Origin: an uncultured Gemmatimonadales bacterium
GTDB taxonomy: Bacteria; Gemmatimonadota; Gemmatimonadetes; Gemmatimonadales; GWC2-71-9
Length of the DNA stretch: 64,000 bases
Assembly (NCBI GenBank): GCA_963821525.1
Contig: CAWGED010000019.1
Coordinates: forward strand, 652,449 to 716,448
Reading direction: 5' to 3'
In this document: positions 21,928-30,845 of the stretch, one piece after another
Numbering within the stretch: position 1 is the first letter of the stretch
Layout of the letters: every line of letters starts with the position of its first letter
Notes under the pieces: generated by a model
What the model was told of the DNA's origin: nothing
The model's database searches: none
Seen by the model: only the letters and a program-made list of their open reading frames with translations
Translations under genes and position numbers: made by a program

Positions 21928-22698
21928 GGTCTCACAACATAGCCCCGCTCCCGCAGGTAGGCTCGCGCCTCGGGAAGAGAGGAACCTTGATAGTGGAAAA
22001 TCGATGCGGCCAGAACTCCATGAGCCCCGGCCTCGAACGCCTCGGCGAGATGCGCCAGGCTTCCCGGCACCGCCCGACGCAATGACCGGAATGCTCACCC
22101 GGCGCGTAGTCTCTCGCAGCAGGTCGAGATCATAGCCTGAGCGGGTGCCGTCCCGGTCCATCGAGGTCAGCAGAATCTCGCCCGCCCCCAACTGCTCCAG
22201 CCTGACCATCCATTCGAGACCGTCGAGCCCGGTTGGCTCGCGTCCTCCATTCACGTACACCGCCCAGCTCATCGGGTTGCCGTCTGTCGGGGATGGTGTC
22301 CGCTTTGCGTCAACCGCCGCCACGATGCATTGAGCGCCGAAGCTGTCCGAGAGTCGCCGTACCAGCTCGGGATCGCGCGCCGCCGCGGTATTCACCGCGA
22401 TCTTGTCGGCTCCCGCCCGCAATACCGCCCCGGCGTCTTCCAGCGACCGGATCCCGCCCCCCACGGTGAAGGGGATGAGGAGCCTCTCCGCCACGCGAGC
22501 GACCATGTCGAGCGTGGTCGCCCGGGACTCGTTGCTGGCGGAGATATCGAGTAACACCAGCTCATCCGCCCCTTCGGCGTCATACCGCGCGGCCTGTTCG
22601 ACCGGATCACCGGCATCCCGGAGCGACTCGAAATGCACCCCTTTGACCACCCGTCCACCGGCGACGTCGAGACAGGGGATGATTCGACGGGCTAGCAT
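21924..22698 (-). pseudogene. hisF: imidazole glycerol phosphate synthase cyclase subunit HisF, frame-disrupted as sequenced near 22060-22063
   Basis: [23 protein letters not shown]...[10 protein letters not shown], then the frame is lost. Removing one A restores [45 protein letters not shown] and a stop at 21924. Confidence 0.88.
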
Positions 22699-22714
22699 GG
22701 TAGAAAGGGAGGCA

Positions 22715-22824
22715 ATTGAAGATTGAAGATTTTAGATCTCAGATTGAGAATTGAAAAATTGCAAATTGGCAATTGCAAATTGGTTGCTCGTTCAATCTGC
22801 AATCTAAAATCTTCAATCTTCAAT
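22715..22824. repeat. heptamer-arm junction element E5 (GATTGAA type)
   Basis: ATTGAAGATTGAAGATTTTAGAT (22715-22737) is the perfect 23-nt reverse complement of 22802-22824. The interior is AT-rich CAATTG/GCAAATTG low complexity. The right arm encodes the NUDIX C-terminus RIED-stop. Confidence 0.9.
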
Positions 22825-23280
22825 CCTCAGCACGTCCTCCAGCTCCCCCGCATTCCCCCGGCCCAACAACACTTCAATGTCCGTCAGCGCCCGCCGCTCG
22901 CGGGGCCAGGCGAGACGCTCGCGGGCCGCGGGAAAGGACAGCCACTCGAAGGCGTCGTGCTCACTGCTCAAGCGTACCGCTGCGTTCGGTACGAAGACCG
23001 CGAAGACCGGAATGAAGGCTACCTCGTCCACCCGGTGGCGATAGAACGTTTCCACCCGGCTCAGGTTGTAAAGTCGTTCCGGCGTGAGACCGGTTTCTTC
23101 CCGCAACTCGCGAAGCGCAGCCTGGAGCGGAGTCTCTCCCTCTTCGATGCTCCCATGCACTACTTCCCAGGCGCCGCTGCAGCGGCCTCCAGGAGCACGG
23201 CGAAGCGCCAGGACTTCAAGCGTCGAGCCCGCGCGTCGCAGCGGGTAGACATCAACGAAGGTGACCCGGAACGTCGTCAC
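22813..23280 (-). CDS. NUDIX hydrolase
   Basis: NUDIX box GSIEEGETPLQAALRELREETGL. The GTG start overlaps the hisH stop (GTGA). Confidence 0.85.
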   Translation of the reverse strand: MTTFRVTFVDVYPLRRAGSTLEVLALRRAPGGRCSGAWEVVHGSIEEGETPLQAALRELREETGLTPERLYNLSRVETFYRHRVDEVAFIPVFAVFVPNAAVRLSSEHDAFEWLSFPAARERLAWPRERRALTDIEVLLGRGNAGELEDVLRIED

Positions 23281-23897
23281 GGATTCCAGCTGCCGAATCT
23301 CGCGAGCAAGGCGACTCCAGCCTGCTGCGATTTCTCCGGGTGGAATTGCACGCCGAGGACGTTTTCCCGCCCGACAATCGCAGGGAACGCTCCGCCGTAG
23401 TCGCCCAGAGCCAGCGCGGTGTCGGCCGCGAGATCGAAGGGATGGTAACTGTGGACGTGGTAGTAGAACGTGGCCCCATCCGGAAAGAGCGGCATGAGAA
23501 CCGGATGGCGCCTGCCCTGCTCGGTCGGCCGAATCTCCGCCCATCCAACGTGAGGGAGTGGGAGGCCGGACCGGAACCGGATCACCCGTCCCTCGAGGAT
23601 TCCCAGTCCCCTGGCCTCCGGGGCTTCCTCGCTCTCCGGAAACAGGAGCTGCAATCCGAGGCAGATGCCGAGCACGGGCCTGCCCGCTGCGGCGACGGCG
23701 CGGATCGCGTCGGGAAGGCCACGCTCCGCGAGATTGCGGGAACCTTGTCCGAAGTGGCCTACTCCGGGCACTACGAGCCGACCGGCCTTGCGCAGCTCAT
23801 CTGGATCGGCCGAGAGCATGGCCTCGTGGCCGGCAGCGGCCAGGGCCCGGACCACGCTGCTGAGATTGTTGACTCCGTAATCCACCACAGCGATCAC
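23277..23897 (-). CDS. hisH: imidazole glycerol phosphate synthase glutamine amidotransferase subunit
   Basis: [27 protein letters not shown] (catalytic Cys) and VQFHPEKS. The GTG start overlaps the hisB stop (GTGA). The rest of the 278-aa track ORF upstream is out-of-gene read-through. Confidence 0.9.
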   Translation of the reverse strand: MIAVVDYGVNNLSSVVRALAAAGHEAMLSADPDELRKAGRLVVPGVGHFGQGSRNLAERGLPDAIRAVAAAGRPVLGICLGLQLLFPESEEAPEARGLGILEGRVIRFRSGLPLPHVGWAEIRPTEQGRRHPVLMPLFPDGATFYYHVHSYHPFDLAADTALALGDYGGAFPAIVGRENVLGVQFHPEKSQQAGVALLARFGSWNP

Positions 23898-24485
23898 AGC
23901 ACGCCCTTGGTAGACGGAACACCCTTGACTCGAGGATCCCGCGAGATCGCGGATTCCAGGGCGCGAGCAAACGCCTTGAACGCGGCTTCCACGATGTGAT
24001 GCGGGTTGTCTCCCCGGATCAGGTCCATGTGGGCCGTGAGACCGGCATGCTGTACCAGGGCGCGGAAGAACTCCGGAGTGAGGAAGACGTCGTAGTCTCC
24101 CAGCATCTGCCACTTGGGGATGTCCACGTGATACGCCAGGAAAGGGCGACCCGAGACGTCGATCACCACTCGCACCAGGGCGTCATCCAGCGGCACCAGC
24201 GCATCGGCGTAACGGCGGATTCCGGCGCGATCTCCCAGCGCCTTGGCGATGGCCTGGCCGAGTACGATGCCGGTGTCCTCCACCGTATGATGCCCGTCCA
24301 CGTGGAGGTCGCCCTCGACCCTCGAGCTCGAGGTCGAGCAGCCCATGCCGGGCGAATGCCTCGAGCATGTGATCGAAGAAGCCCAGCCCGGTCTTGACCC
24401 GCGCCTCGCCGGTTCCGTCCAGGTTCACCCGGGCGCGGAGCGTGGTTTCTTTGGTTGTCCGGAAGACTTCGGCGGTGCGTATCAT
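23894..24485 (-). pseudogene. hisB: imidazoleglycerol-phosphate dehydratase HisB, frame-disrupted as sequenced near 24318-24321
   Basis: The N-terminus [55 protein letters not shown] is in one frame. [22 protein letters not shown]...STKGVL is in another. One extra G in a GGG run separates them. Confidence 0.88.
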
Positions 24486-24486
24486 A

Positions 24487-24599
24487 GGGAGTAGGGAGTA
24501 GGTGTTGGGCAGTAGGGCGCGGGGGGCGGACTCATGGTGGGACGAAGCCTTGCAACCTCGGTGAAACGCCCTACCCCCTACTCCCCACTTCCTACAACC
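24487..24599. repeat. heptamer-arm junction element E6 (GGGAGTA type)
   Basis: Left arm GGGAGTAGGGAGTAGGTGTTGGGCAGTAGGGCG. Right arm CGCCCTACCCCCTACTCCCCACTTCCTACAACC, ending 2 nt before the hisC stop. Confidence 0.85.
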
Positions 24600-24601
24600 T
24601 G

Positions 24602-25714
24602 TCAGTCCTTGAGAATTGCCGAAAGGCCCGCCACCACCGCCGCGGTGTCCTCCGCCGTCCCCACCGATATCCTCAAACACTCGGCCAGCCCAGCGCCGCT
24701 CGACACGTCCCGCACCAGAATCCCATGCTCCTCCACCAGCCGCCGGAACACGGTGCGGGCGGGAACCCGGTCGCAGCGGACCAGGACGAAATTGGCCTTG
24801 CTGGGGAACGGATGCAGCCCGGCGATGGAGCCCAGGAAGCCGAGGAAGCGGTCCCGCTCCTGGGCGATCGCCTTGGCCCGCGTGGCGAACTCCGCACTGT
24901 GCTTGAGCATCACCTCCGCCGCCACCAGCGTGATCGCATTCACGTTGTAGGGCAGCTTGGCCTTCGCTATCTCCCGGGCGACATCCGGATGAGCCAGCGC
25001 GTAGCCGAACCGGAGGCCCGCCATGCCCATCGCCTTCGACAGGGTTCGCAGCACGACGATTCGGGGCGACTGGCGCAGCAGGGTAAGCGCCGTTGGGCCG
25101 CCGAAGTCCTGGTAGGCTTCGTCGCAGAGCAGAAGCGACTCGGTCCGCTCCAGCAACGTCGCCACACCGTCCTCCGGCAGGACGGACCCGGTGGGATTGT
25201 TGGGCGAGTTCAGCACCACGACCCGGGCCCGCTCGCGCCGTGCCACGGCGGCGAGCGCATCCACATCGTAGGCGTATTCCGCTCCGAGCGGCACTGGGAG
25301 ATATCGCCCGCCCATCACTCCGGTCATGATCCGGTAGAGCGCGAAGGAAGGCTGGGGCACCACGACCGGATCGCCGGTATTCACCGCGACCGAAATCGAA
25401 GCCTGGATCACCTCGTTGGACCCGTTCCCAACCAGCACTCCCTCCGGATCCCAATCGTGCTTCGCCGCGATCTGCTCGACCAGCTTCCGCGGCACGAACT
25501 CAGGATAACGGTTCCACGGCGTAGCAAGCGCGCGCTCGATTACCTCCCGCTTGAGATGCTCGGGAACATCGAACGGCGATTCGTTCTGATTGAGCTTTCG
25601 CTCGGCGGAGAGGCCGGAGAGCGTGTAGGCGGAGAGGGAGAGGACGGTAGGCTTGATCAGTCCGGCAATTTCAGATTGCCGATTGCTGATTGCAGATTGG
25701 GAGGGGCTCGTCAT
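24602..25714 (-). CDS. hisC: histidinol-phosphate aminotransferase
   Basis: [15 protein letters not shown] and [15 protein letters not shown] (PLP lysine context). The ATG at 25714 is preferred. An alternative start lies at 25756. The first codons lie in the left arm of repeat E7. Confidence 0.88.
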   Translation of the reverse strand: MTSPSQSAISNRQSEIAGLIKPTVLSLSAYTLSGLSAERKLNQNESPFDVPEHLKREVIERALATPWNRYPEFVPRKLVEQIAAKHDWDPEGVLVGNGSNEVIQASISVAVNTGDPVVVPQPSFALYRIMTGVMGGRYLPVPLGAEYAYDVDALAAVARRERARVVVLNSPNNPTGSVLPEDGVATLLERTESLLLCDEAYQDFGGPTALTLLRQSPRIVVLRTLSKAMGMAGLRFGYALAHPDVAREIAKAKLPYNVNAITLVAAEVMLKHSAEFATRAKAIAQERDRFLGFLGSIAGLHPFPSKANFVLVRCDRVPARTVFRRLVEEHGILVRDVSSGAGLAECLRISVGTAEDTAAVVAGLSAILKD

Positions 25715-25821
25715 TTCCGGCTCACGTTCAGTCGCCAACCAACCCGCAGAATTCAATTACCAATTTTCAATTACCAATTACCAATTGTCAATCTTAAATC
25801 TTCAATCTTAAATCTCCAATC
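25664..25821. repeat. heptamer-arm junction element E7 (GATTGNN / CAATTAC type)
   Basis: Left arm GATTGCC GATTGCT GATTGCA GATTGGG. The right arm is ten heptamers: CAATTAC CAATTTT CAATTAC CAATTAC CAATTGT CAATCTT AAATCTT CAATCTT AAATCTC CAATCAC. Arm complementarity is only partial (GATTG/CAATC core). Confidence 0.8.
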
Positions 25822-25823
25822 AC

Positions 25824-28085
25824 CTACTCCTTCCTCCTCGCCAGCACCACCTCCAGCCGTTTCGAAAGCGCCTTGGCTCGGAAGGGCTTGGTGAGGAAAT
25901 CGTCGGCGCCCAGCTCGAAGACCCGGACTTCGTTGTCCTCGTCGCCTTTGGCGGTGAGAACGATGACTGGGGTCTTCCTGGTGGCGGGACGGGAGCGGAG
26001 CTGTGAAAGCACCGAGTATCCGTCCATGTCCGGCAGGTTCAAGTCGAGCACGACCACATCGGGGGCGTGGCGGTCCACCTGGTCCAGCGCCTCGACCCCA
26101 TTTCTTGCCTCGAGGACCGCGTATCCCTCGCGGGCCAGCAGATCCTTCATGACCCGACGCAGCGAATCCTCGTCGTCCACCAGGAGGACCGATGCTCCGT
26201 GGACCGGCCGGACGACTTCGACGCTCGCGGCCTCATCGTCAATCAGGTCGAAGGCGGTCGTGAGATCGGCGACCGGAATATTGACCGCGGGGACGGGACC
26301 CGAGGGCGTGCCGTGGTGGGGACCGGGTGTGCTGCGCTTGGACGGAAGCGGCGTGTTGACGCTTGGCGTCGCCGGGCGGCCGGTGCTGCGCTCGTCCATC
26401 GGAACGTCCACCACGCGAAGCAGCTCCTCTACGCTGGTTTCGCCGCTCAATACATGTTGCACACCGCTTTCGAACAGCGACTTCATCCCGTTGGCCCTGG
26501 CGGCTTCGGCGATCTTGTCCGCCTGACCGCCCGCTCCGATCCTCCGCTCCAGCTCGGCGTTCATCGTAAGAATCTCGACCACCGAGAATCGCCCGCGGTA
26601 CCCGGTCATGGCGCAATCGGGGCAGCCGACGGCCCGATAGAGCGTCGTGCCCGGCGGGATGTAGCGCCGGATCCGGGTCGGGATATCTCCGTCGTTGACC
26701 TCGCGACAGCGGGGACAGATCCGCCGCATGAGGCGCTGGGCGATCACCCCGCGGAGGGCCGGGCCGATCTTGTACGGCTCCATCCCCATGTCCACCAGAC
26801 GGGTGATGGCGTTGGGTGCGTCGTTGGTGTGCAGGGTCGAGAGCACCAGGTGGCCGGTCAGCGAGGCCTGCAGCGCGATCTGCGCCGTCTCCCGGTCGCG
26901 CACCTCACCCACCAGCACCACGTCGGGGTCCTGGCGGAGGATCGACCGGAGTGCCGCCGAGAAGGTGAGTCCCGCCTTCTCGTGCACCTGCACCTGGACG
27001 ATGCCCTTGCCCAAGCGGTATTCGACCGGGTCCTCGACGGTGACGATGTTGACGCCGTCGCTCTGAACCATGCGCAGCGCGGAGTAGAGCGTCGTGGTCT
27101 TGCCCGAGCCGGTCGGCCCGGTGACCAGGACGATGCCCTCCTTGTTGTTGAGCAGGTTCTTGATCGCTTCGCGCTCTTCCTCGCTCATGCCGAGCGAATC
27201 GAGCGAGAGCACCGTGGCCTTGGCGTTGAGAATCCGGATGACGACCTTCTCGCCGAGGGAGGCGGGGAGGGTCGAGACCCGCAGGTCCACGGGGGAGCCG
27301 TTCACCGCGACCCGGGCGCGGCCGTCCTGCGGGCGCAGCCGGTCAGCGATGTCCAGCCCGGACATGATCTTGATGCGCGAGATGAGTGGTGCGCCCGCGG
27401 TCCGCGGAATGTTCATGACCTGGCGCAAGACTCCGTCGATCCGGTAGCGAACCGCAACGCCCGCTTCGCCCGGCTCGATGTGAATGTCGCTTGCCCGAGA
27501 CAGGATTCCGTCCGAAAGCATCAGGTCGACCAATCGCACCACCGGCCGCTGACTGGCCTCGTCGGCCGAGGCGCTGAGCTCGGCCAGCCCCTCGTTGTCA
27601 TCCAGCTGGGTGACCTCGAGGCCCTCGTCCATATTCCCCAGCAGCTGGCTCATTACCTCCGAGCTGCCGCGGTAGAGCTCATCCATCTTTTCGGCGATGC
27701 GGGACGGCGAGCACAGGTGCATCCGCACCTCGCGGCCGGTGGCGAAGGCGAGATCCTTTTCCGCGTCGATGTCGTTGGGGTTCGCCGTCGCGATCTCGAG
27801 ATACGAGTCGCTGATGCCGATGGGGATGATGTTGAAGCGACGGACCAGCGGTTCGGGTACCGCTTCGCGCGCTTTCTGATCGACCTGATTCAGGTCCGCG
27901 ACGGGCAGTCGGAACCGTGCAGCGGCGGCCTTCAGGATGTCGTCGTCCTTCGCCTCTTTGCGCTGGACCAGCGTGGTCCAGAGCGAGACCGGCTCCTTGC
28001 CTGGTGCCTCGCGCAAACTATCGAGGACCCCGGGCTTCAGAATCTTCTCCAGGCTGGGGACGAGCCACTCATCCGTAAACTGCAT
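25824..28085 (-). CDS. GspE/PilB-family secretion ATPase with C-terminal response-regulator receiver domain
   Basis: T2SSE N-terminal domain. Walker A VTGPTGSGKTTT. Tetracysteine CPRC...CPDC. A Pro-rich linker is followed by LLVDDEDSLR...VVLDLNLPDMDG...TAKGD...KPF (REC). Confidence 0.88.
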   Translation of the reverse strand: MQFTDEWLVPSLEKILKPGVLDSLREAPGKEPVSLWTTLVQRKEAKDDDILKAAAARFRLPVADLNQVDQKAREAVPEPLVRRFNIIPIGISDSYLEIATANPNDIDAEKDLAFATGREVRMHLCSPSRIAEKMDELYRGSSEVMSQLLGNMDEGLEVTQLDDNEGLAELSASADEASQRPVVRLVDLMLSDGILSRASDIHIEPGEAGVAVRYRIDGVLRQVMNIPRTAGAPLISRIKIMSGLDIADRLRPQDGRARVAVNGSPVDLRVSTLPASLGEKVVIRILNAKATVLSLDSLGMSEEEREAIKNLLNNKEGIVLVTGPTGSGKTTTLYSALRMVQSDGVNIVTVEDPVEYRLGKGIVQVQVHEKAGLTFSAALRSILRQDPDVVLVGEVRDRETAQIALQASLTGHLVLSTLHTNDAPNAITRLVDMGMEPYKIGPALRGVIAQRLMRRICPRCREVNDGDIPTRIRRYIPPGTTLYRAVGCPDCAMTGYRGRFSVVEILTMNAELERRIGAGGQADKIAEAARANGMKSLFESGVQHVLSGETSVEELLRVVDVPMDERSTGRPATPSVNTPLPSKRSTPGPHHGTPSGPVPAVNIPVADLTTAFDLIDDEAASVEVVRPVHGASVLLVDDEDSLRRVMKDLLAREGYAVLEARNGVEALDQVDRHAPDVVVLDLNLPDMDGYSVLSQLRSRPATRKTPVIVLTAKGDEDNEVRVFELGADDFLTKPFRAKALSKRLEVVLARRKE

Positions 28086-28177
28086 TTAACCTCAAGCCTG
28101 ATAACTAATTAGGGGAGGACGGAGGGAGCCGGTTCGCCTCCTCAAAGGTAAGGTAGCTGACCCAGAGATTACAGGGG

Positions 28178-30238
28178 CTACAAAACGCCCCACCAATCCG
28201 GATTCACGTCCACCATCACGCCGACGTCCCCCGTCTTCAGTGCGACTCCTGCCTCTACTCGGAGGAGCCTCATAAGAAATTCCGCCGCCACACCAGCCAC
28301 TGGACGGACTCCTGGTGTGTTATCCCAAGGGGTGTTGGGTACCTCGTCGCTGGTCCACCCGGCAGCGAGGAAGGGACCCACGCTAATGGTTTGCCCGGTC
28401 GATGCAAAGGAGCCCAGCGGAATCGCGACAAAGGGTACTGGAAAGTCCCACTCAAGCCTGCCCAAGGCGATAGCCCTGCCGCCATAGGCTCGAAACGGTT
28501 CTCCTGGCAGCGTTCCTCGTCCGCCCAGAACGAAGCTCCGATAGGCAGGAAGTCCTGCCGTCCCCCAACCCCCGTAGGCCGTGAAGCCCAGCGTCCCAGG
28601 GCCGAGCGGCATAGCCACCGTGCCCTCGCCGGTCGCCCTGAAATATTCGTTCCCCCCTGTGCTGGCCTCGACCGCGACAGATCCGCTGGTGAGTGCCAGT
28701 CCGCGCGAAGCGCCCAGCTCGCCCGCATTCCTGGACAAGGCGACTCCTCCCACGAAGCTCGCGTCGGAGCCCAACGCAGGATTGGAGCGATAACTGCCGT
28801 GGGCGGGACTGGCTTCGACATCGAGAGAGGATGGGTCTTCATACCCCGCCGTCAGTGAAATCGCCGTGACTCCTGAGAGTGGGTATCGCACACCAATCCC
28901 GATCCGATCGACCATCACGTAATCGCCGTAATCCTCGCCGGCTTCCTGAGACAGGATCGAATTCAATACGCCTGAGATGACGGGAACGTCACTGAAGTCA
29001 TGGATCGACCTGCCGCCCTCCAGTGTTACGGTGGCCGGCCCCGTCGCTACGCTGATGGCAAGCCCTCCTGTGAATCGCTCGTCTGAAGTCCCGAAGGCGA
29101 CCCGCGGTTTGAGCAGAATCCTCCGCTGGTCCAAGGCCAGCGTCGCGGCGGCACCGAGCGTCAGCCCCTGTACTCGATTCACCCGGATAATGTCGCTGAC
29201 TGAGGGGATGGCCAGGCCGCCGGAGCCCAGACCTGATAGAATCCGCCCCCCGGCGATGCGGCCGAATTCCACCCGGAGCGAGTCGAGGTCGCGCTGCGTG
29301 ACTGGCGCGGCGACTTCGCCCAGAGACTGGGCAAGCGGTTGACTCCACTGGCCGCCAGTGTCGGAGGCCGCGAGCATCCCTCCAATGGCCGGGCCCCTCA
29401 GGACTTCGGGAGGTATCGCCACATCGAAATCGTAGTCCCCGATTTCCCAGCGACCCCGGATGATTCCCCGCGCCGGGAAGTCGAGCCACTGACTGCGCCG
29501 CCGGATCTCGATCTCCTGCCGATAGGGAAGCCACCAGCGGTCTTCGAACCGGGCATTTTCGAGCATGATGGAAATGTCTTCCAGGCCCTTTTCCAGATAC
29601 GCCGCCGGGGTAAACCCGAAGCGGAACCGCACCAGCTCGGCGCTCGTTGCATCGAGAGAAAGCGTTCCCACCACGAGAGGCTGACTCCAGTCTTTGGGAC
29701 GCACCTGGAGCTGGTAGACCAGCAGCTCGCCGCCCCGGGTCTCGATGCGAAGCGAATCGATCAGCGCGAAGTCGTAGCGAGTCAGGCCGTCGGGCGAGAG
29801 CGGGTGAACCACGTCTCTCACCTCGTCGCCCTCGCCGATCCGGATCCGGTTACCGAAGTTGTTGGTGACGATGCCGAGGTGATCGCGATGATAGTTGATG
29901 TCGGTCGGCAGCCAGCGACCGTCCCGCCAACCGAGGATGATCTGCTTGCTCAGATCCGGGGCGCGCCAATAGACTTCGACGTCGAGCTCGTCGGCCTTGA
30001 CCAGGCGTGGCGCCCCTTGCAGCGCGTCGCCCACTTGGGCAAGGAACAGCACGAAACCGTGAGCCCGCGTTCGATAGCTGCGCAGGGAGGAGTCGCGCTG
30101 AACCTGTGCCCTCACTTCTGTGGCGCGAGCAGCCAGATCCAGGGCTTCCGGCGAGTTCCACTGCTGGGCGGCCAGGGTCGTCGAGAGACCGGGCAGCAGC
30201 AGGAGCGCGGCGTACCATCGTGAACGTCTAATCCCCAT
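28178..30238 (-). CDS. large outer-membrane protein with Omp85-like C-terminal barrel (unknown function)
   Basis: The ATG at 30238 gives MGIRRSRWYAALLLLPGLSTTLAAQ (signal peptide). The C-terminus is rich in G/A/S beta strands and ends ...VDVNPDWWGVL. Confidence 0.6.
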   Translation of the reverse strand: MGIRRSRWYAALLLLPGLSTTLAAQQWNSPEALDLAARATEVRAQVQRDSSLRSYRTRAHGFVLFLAQVGDALQGAPRLVKADELDVEVYWRAPDLSKQIILGWRDGRWLPTDINYHRDHLGIVTNNFGNRIRIGEGDEVRDVVHPLSPDGLTRYDFALIDSLRIETRGGELLVYQLQVRPKDWSQPLVVGTLSLDATSAELVRFRFGFTPAAYLEKGLEDISIMLENARFEDRWWLPYRQEIEIRRRSQWLDFPARGIIRGRWEIGDYDFDVAIPPEVLRGPAIGGMLAASDTGGQWSQPLAQSLGEVAAPVTQRDLDSLRVEFGRIAGGRILSGLGSGGLAIPSVSDIIRVNRVQGLTLGAAATLALDQRRILLKPRVAFGTSDERFTGGLAISVATGPATVTLEGGRSIHDFSDVPVISGVLNSILSQEAGEDYGDYVMVDRIGIGVRYPLSGVTAISLTAGYEDPSSLDVEASPAHGSYRSNPALGSDASFVGGVALSRNAGELGASRGLALTSGSVAVEASTGGNEYFRATGEGTVAMPLGPGTLGFTAYGGWGTAGLPAYRSFVLGGRGTLPGEPFRAYGGRAIALGRLEWDFPVPFVAIPLGSFASTGQTISVGPFLAAGWTSDEVPNTPWDNTPGVRPVAGVAAEFLMRLLRVEAGVALKTGDVGVMVDVNPDWWGVL

Positions 30239-30260
30239 CGATCCCCCTGTCCCCTGTCTC

Positions 30261-30830
30261 GTGAGAATAACCTTCATCCTCTGCCTGGCCAGCGTCGCCG
30301 CCTGCGGCTCCAAAGGCGCCAACACGCCCCGACCCAAGAGCGTCATCACCCAGACTCTCCCGGTCGACCAGCTCTATCTCCTCGAGGCCGGCGGGATACC
30401 TCCCGCCGATACCTCGGTGATCTTCAAGACCGGCCAACCGCGCACCGTGATCATGCGGCATCCCGCGCCCGACAACGGAGTCTTCGCGGAGCTGGTCTTC
30501 CCCGCCGACATGTTCGAGAACAAGGGACCGGACGATTCGGTGACGGTGAAAGCAAGTGTCCGGCCCGGCCTCTACGGGCTCGACGTCTCCTCGACCGTCG
30601 AAACCGACAAGACCGGCATCGTACGGTTCAAATATCCGGTGCACTTCTCGGCGCCACAGGGTGCCCTCGCGAAGTACGGGAGCGCGGTTCGTTACGAGCA
30701 GGTCCTGCAGATCGGACGGCAAACCGAGGATAGTCGTTACGCGCTCTACGTTTCGACCCGCCGCGCGTCCGACAATCTGGAGGCGCCCATGCTGCTGCCG
30801 GGCCGGTTTGTGGTGGGCGCACCCAGATAG
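30261..30830 (+). CDS. hypothetical lipoprotein
   Basis: The GTG at 30261 gives VRITFILCLASVAACGS (lipobox). No recognisable domain. Confidence 0.55.
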   Translation: MRITFILCLASVAACGSKGANTPRPKSVITQTLPVDQLYLLEAGGIPPADTSVIFKTGQPRTVIMRHPAPDNGVFAELVFPADMFENKGPDDSVTVKASVRPGLYGLDVSSTVETDKTGIVRFKYPVHFSAPQGALAKYGSAVRYEQVLQIGRQTEDSRYALYVSTRRASDNLEAPMLLPGRFVVGAPR

Positions 30831-30845
30831 TACCCTTACCTCCCC

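Noticed and set aside
20452-22698. Single 748-aa ORF read as a genuine HisF-beta-helix fusion protein
   Set aside because: - The HisF C-terminus is scrambled after IASGGAG.
- Deleting one A restores a canonical HisF end and a TGA that overlaps the ATG of a signal-peptide protein.
- The fusion is therefore read-through caused by a frame break.
24183-25454. 423-aa minus-strand ORF spanning the hisB-hisC boundary
   Set aside because: Only its last ~55 codons ([15 protein letters not shown]...) are real, and they are the hisB N-terminus. The rest is an out-of-frame shadow of hisC.
26067-28112. 681-aa + strand ORF opposite the GspE-REC gene. Similar long antisense ORFs occur at 6243..7664 (+), 32135..33748 (-), 39772..41193 (-), 17439..18461 (-) and 46958..48067 (-).
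   Set aside because: All of them mirror genes with clear catalytic motifs on the other strand. They lack recognisable domains and show the R/G/P-rich bias of out-of-frame GC-rich sequence.
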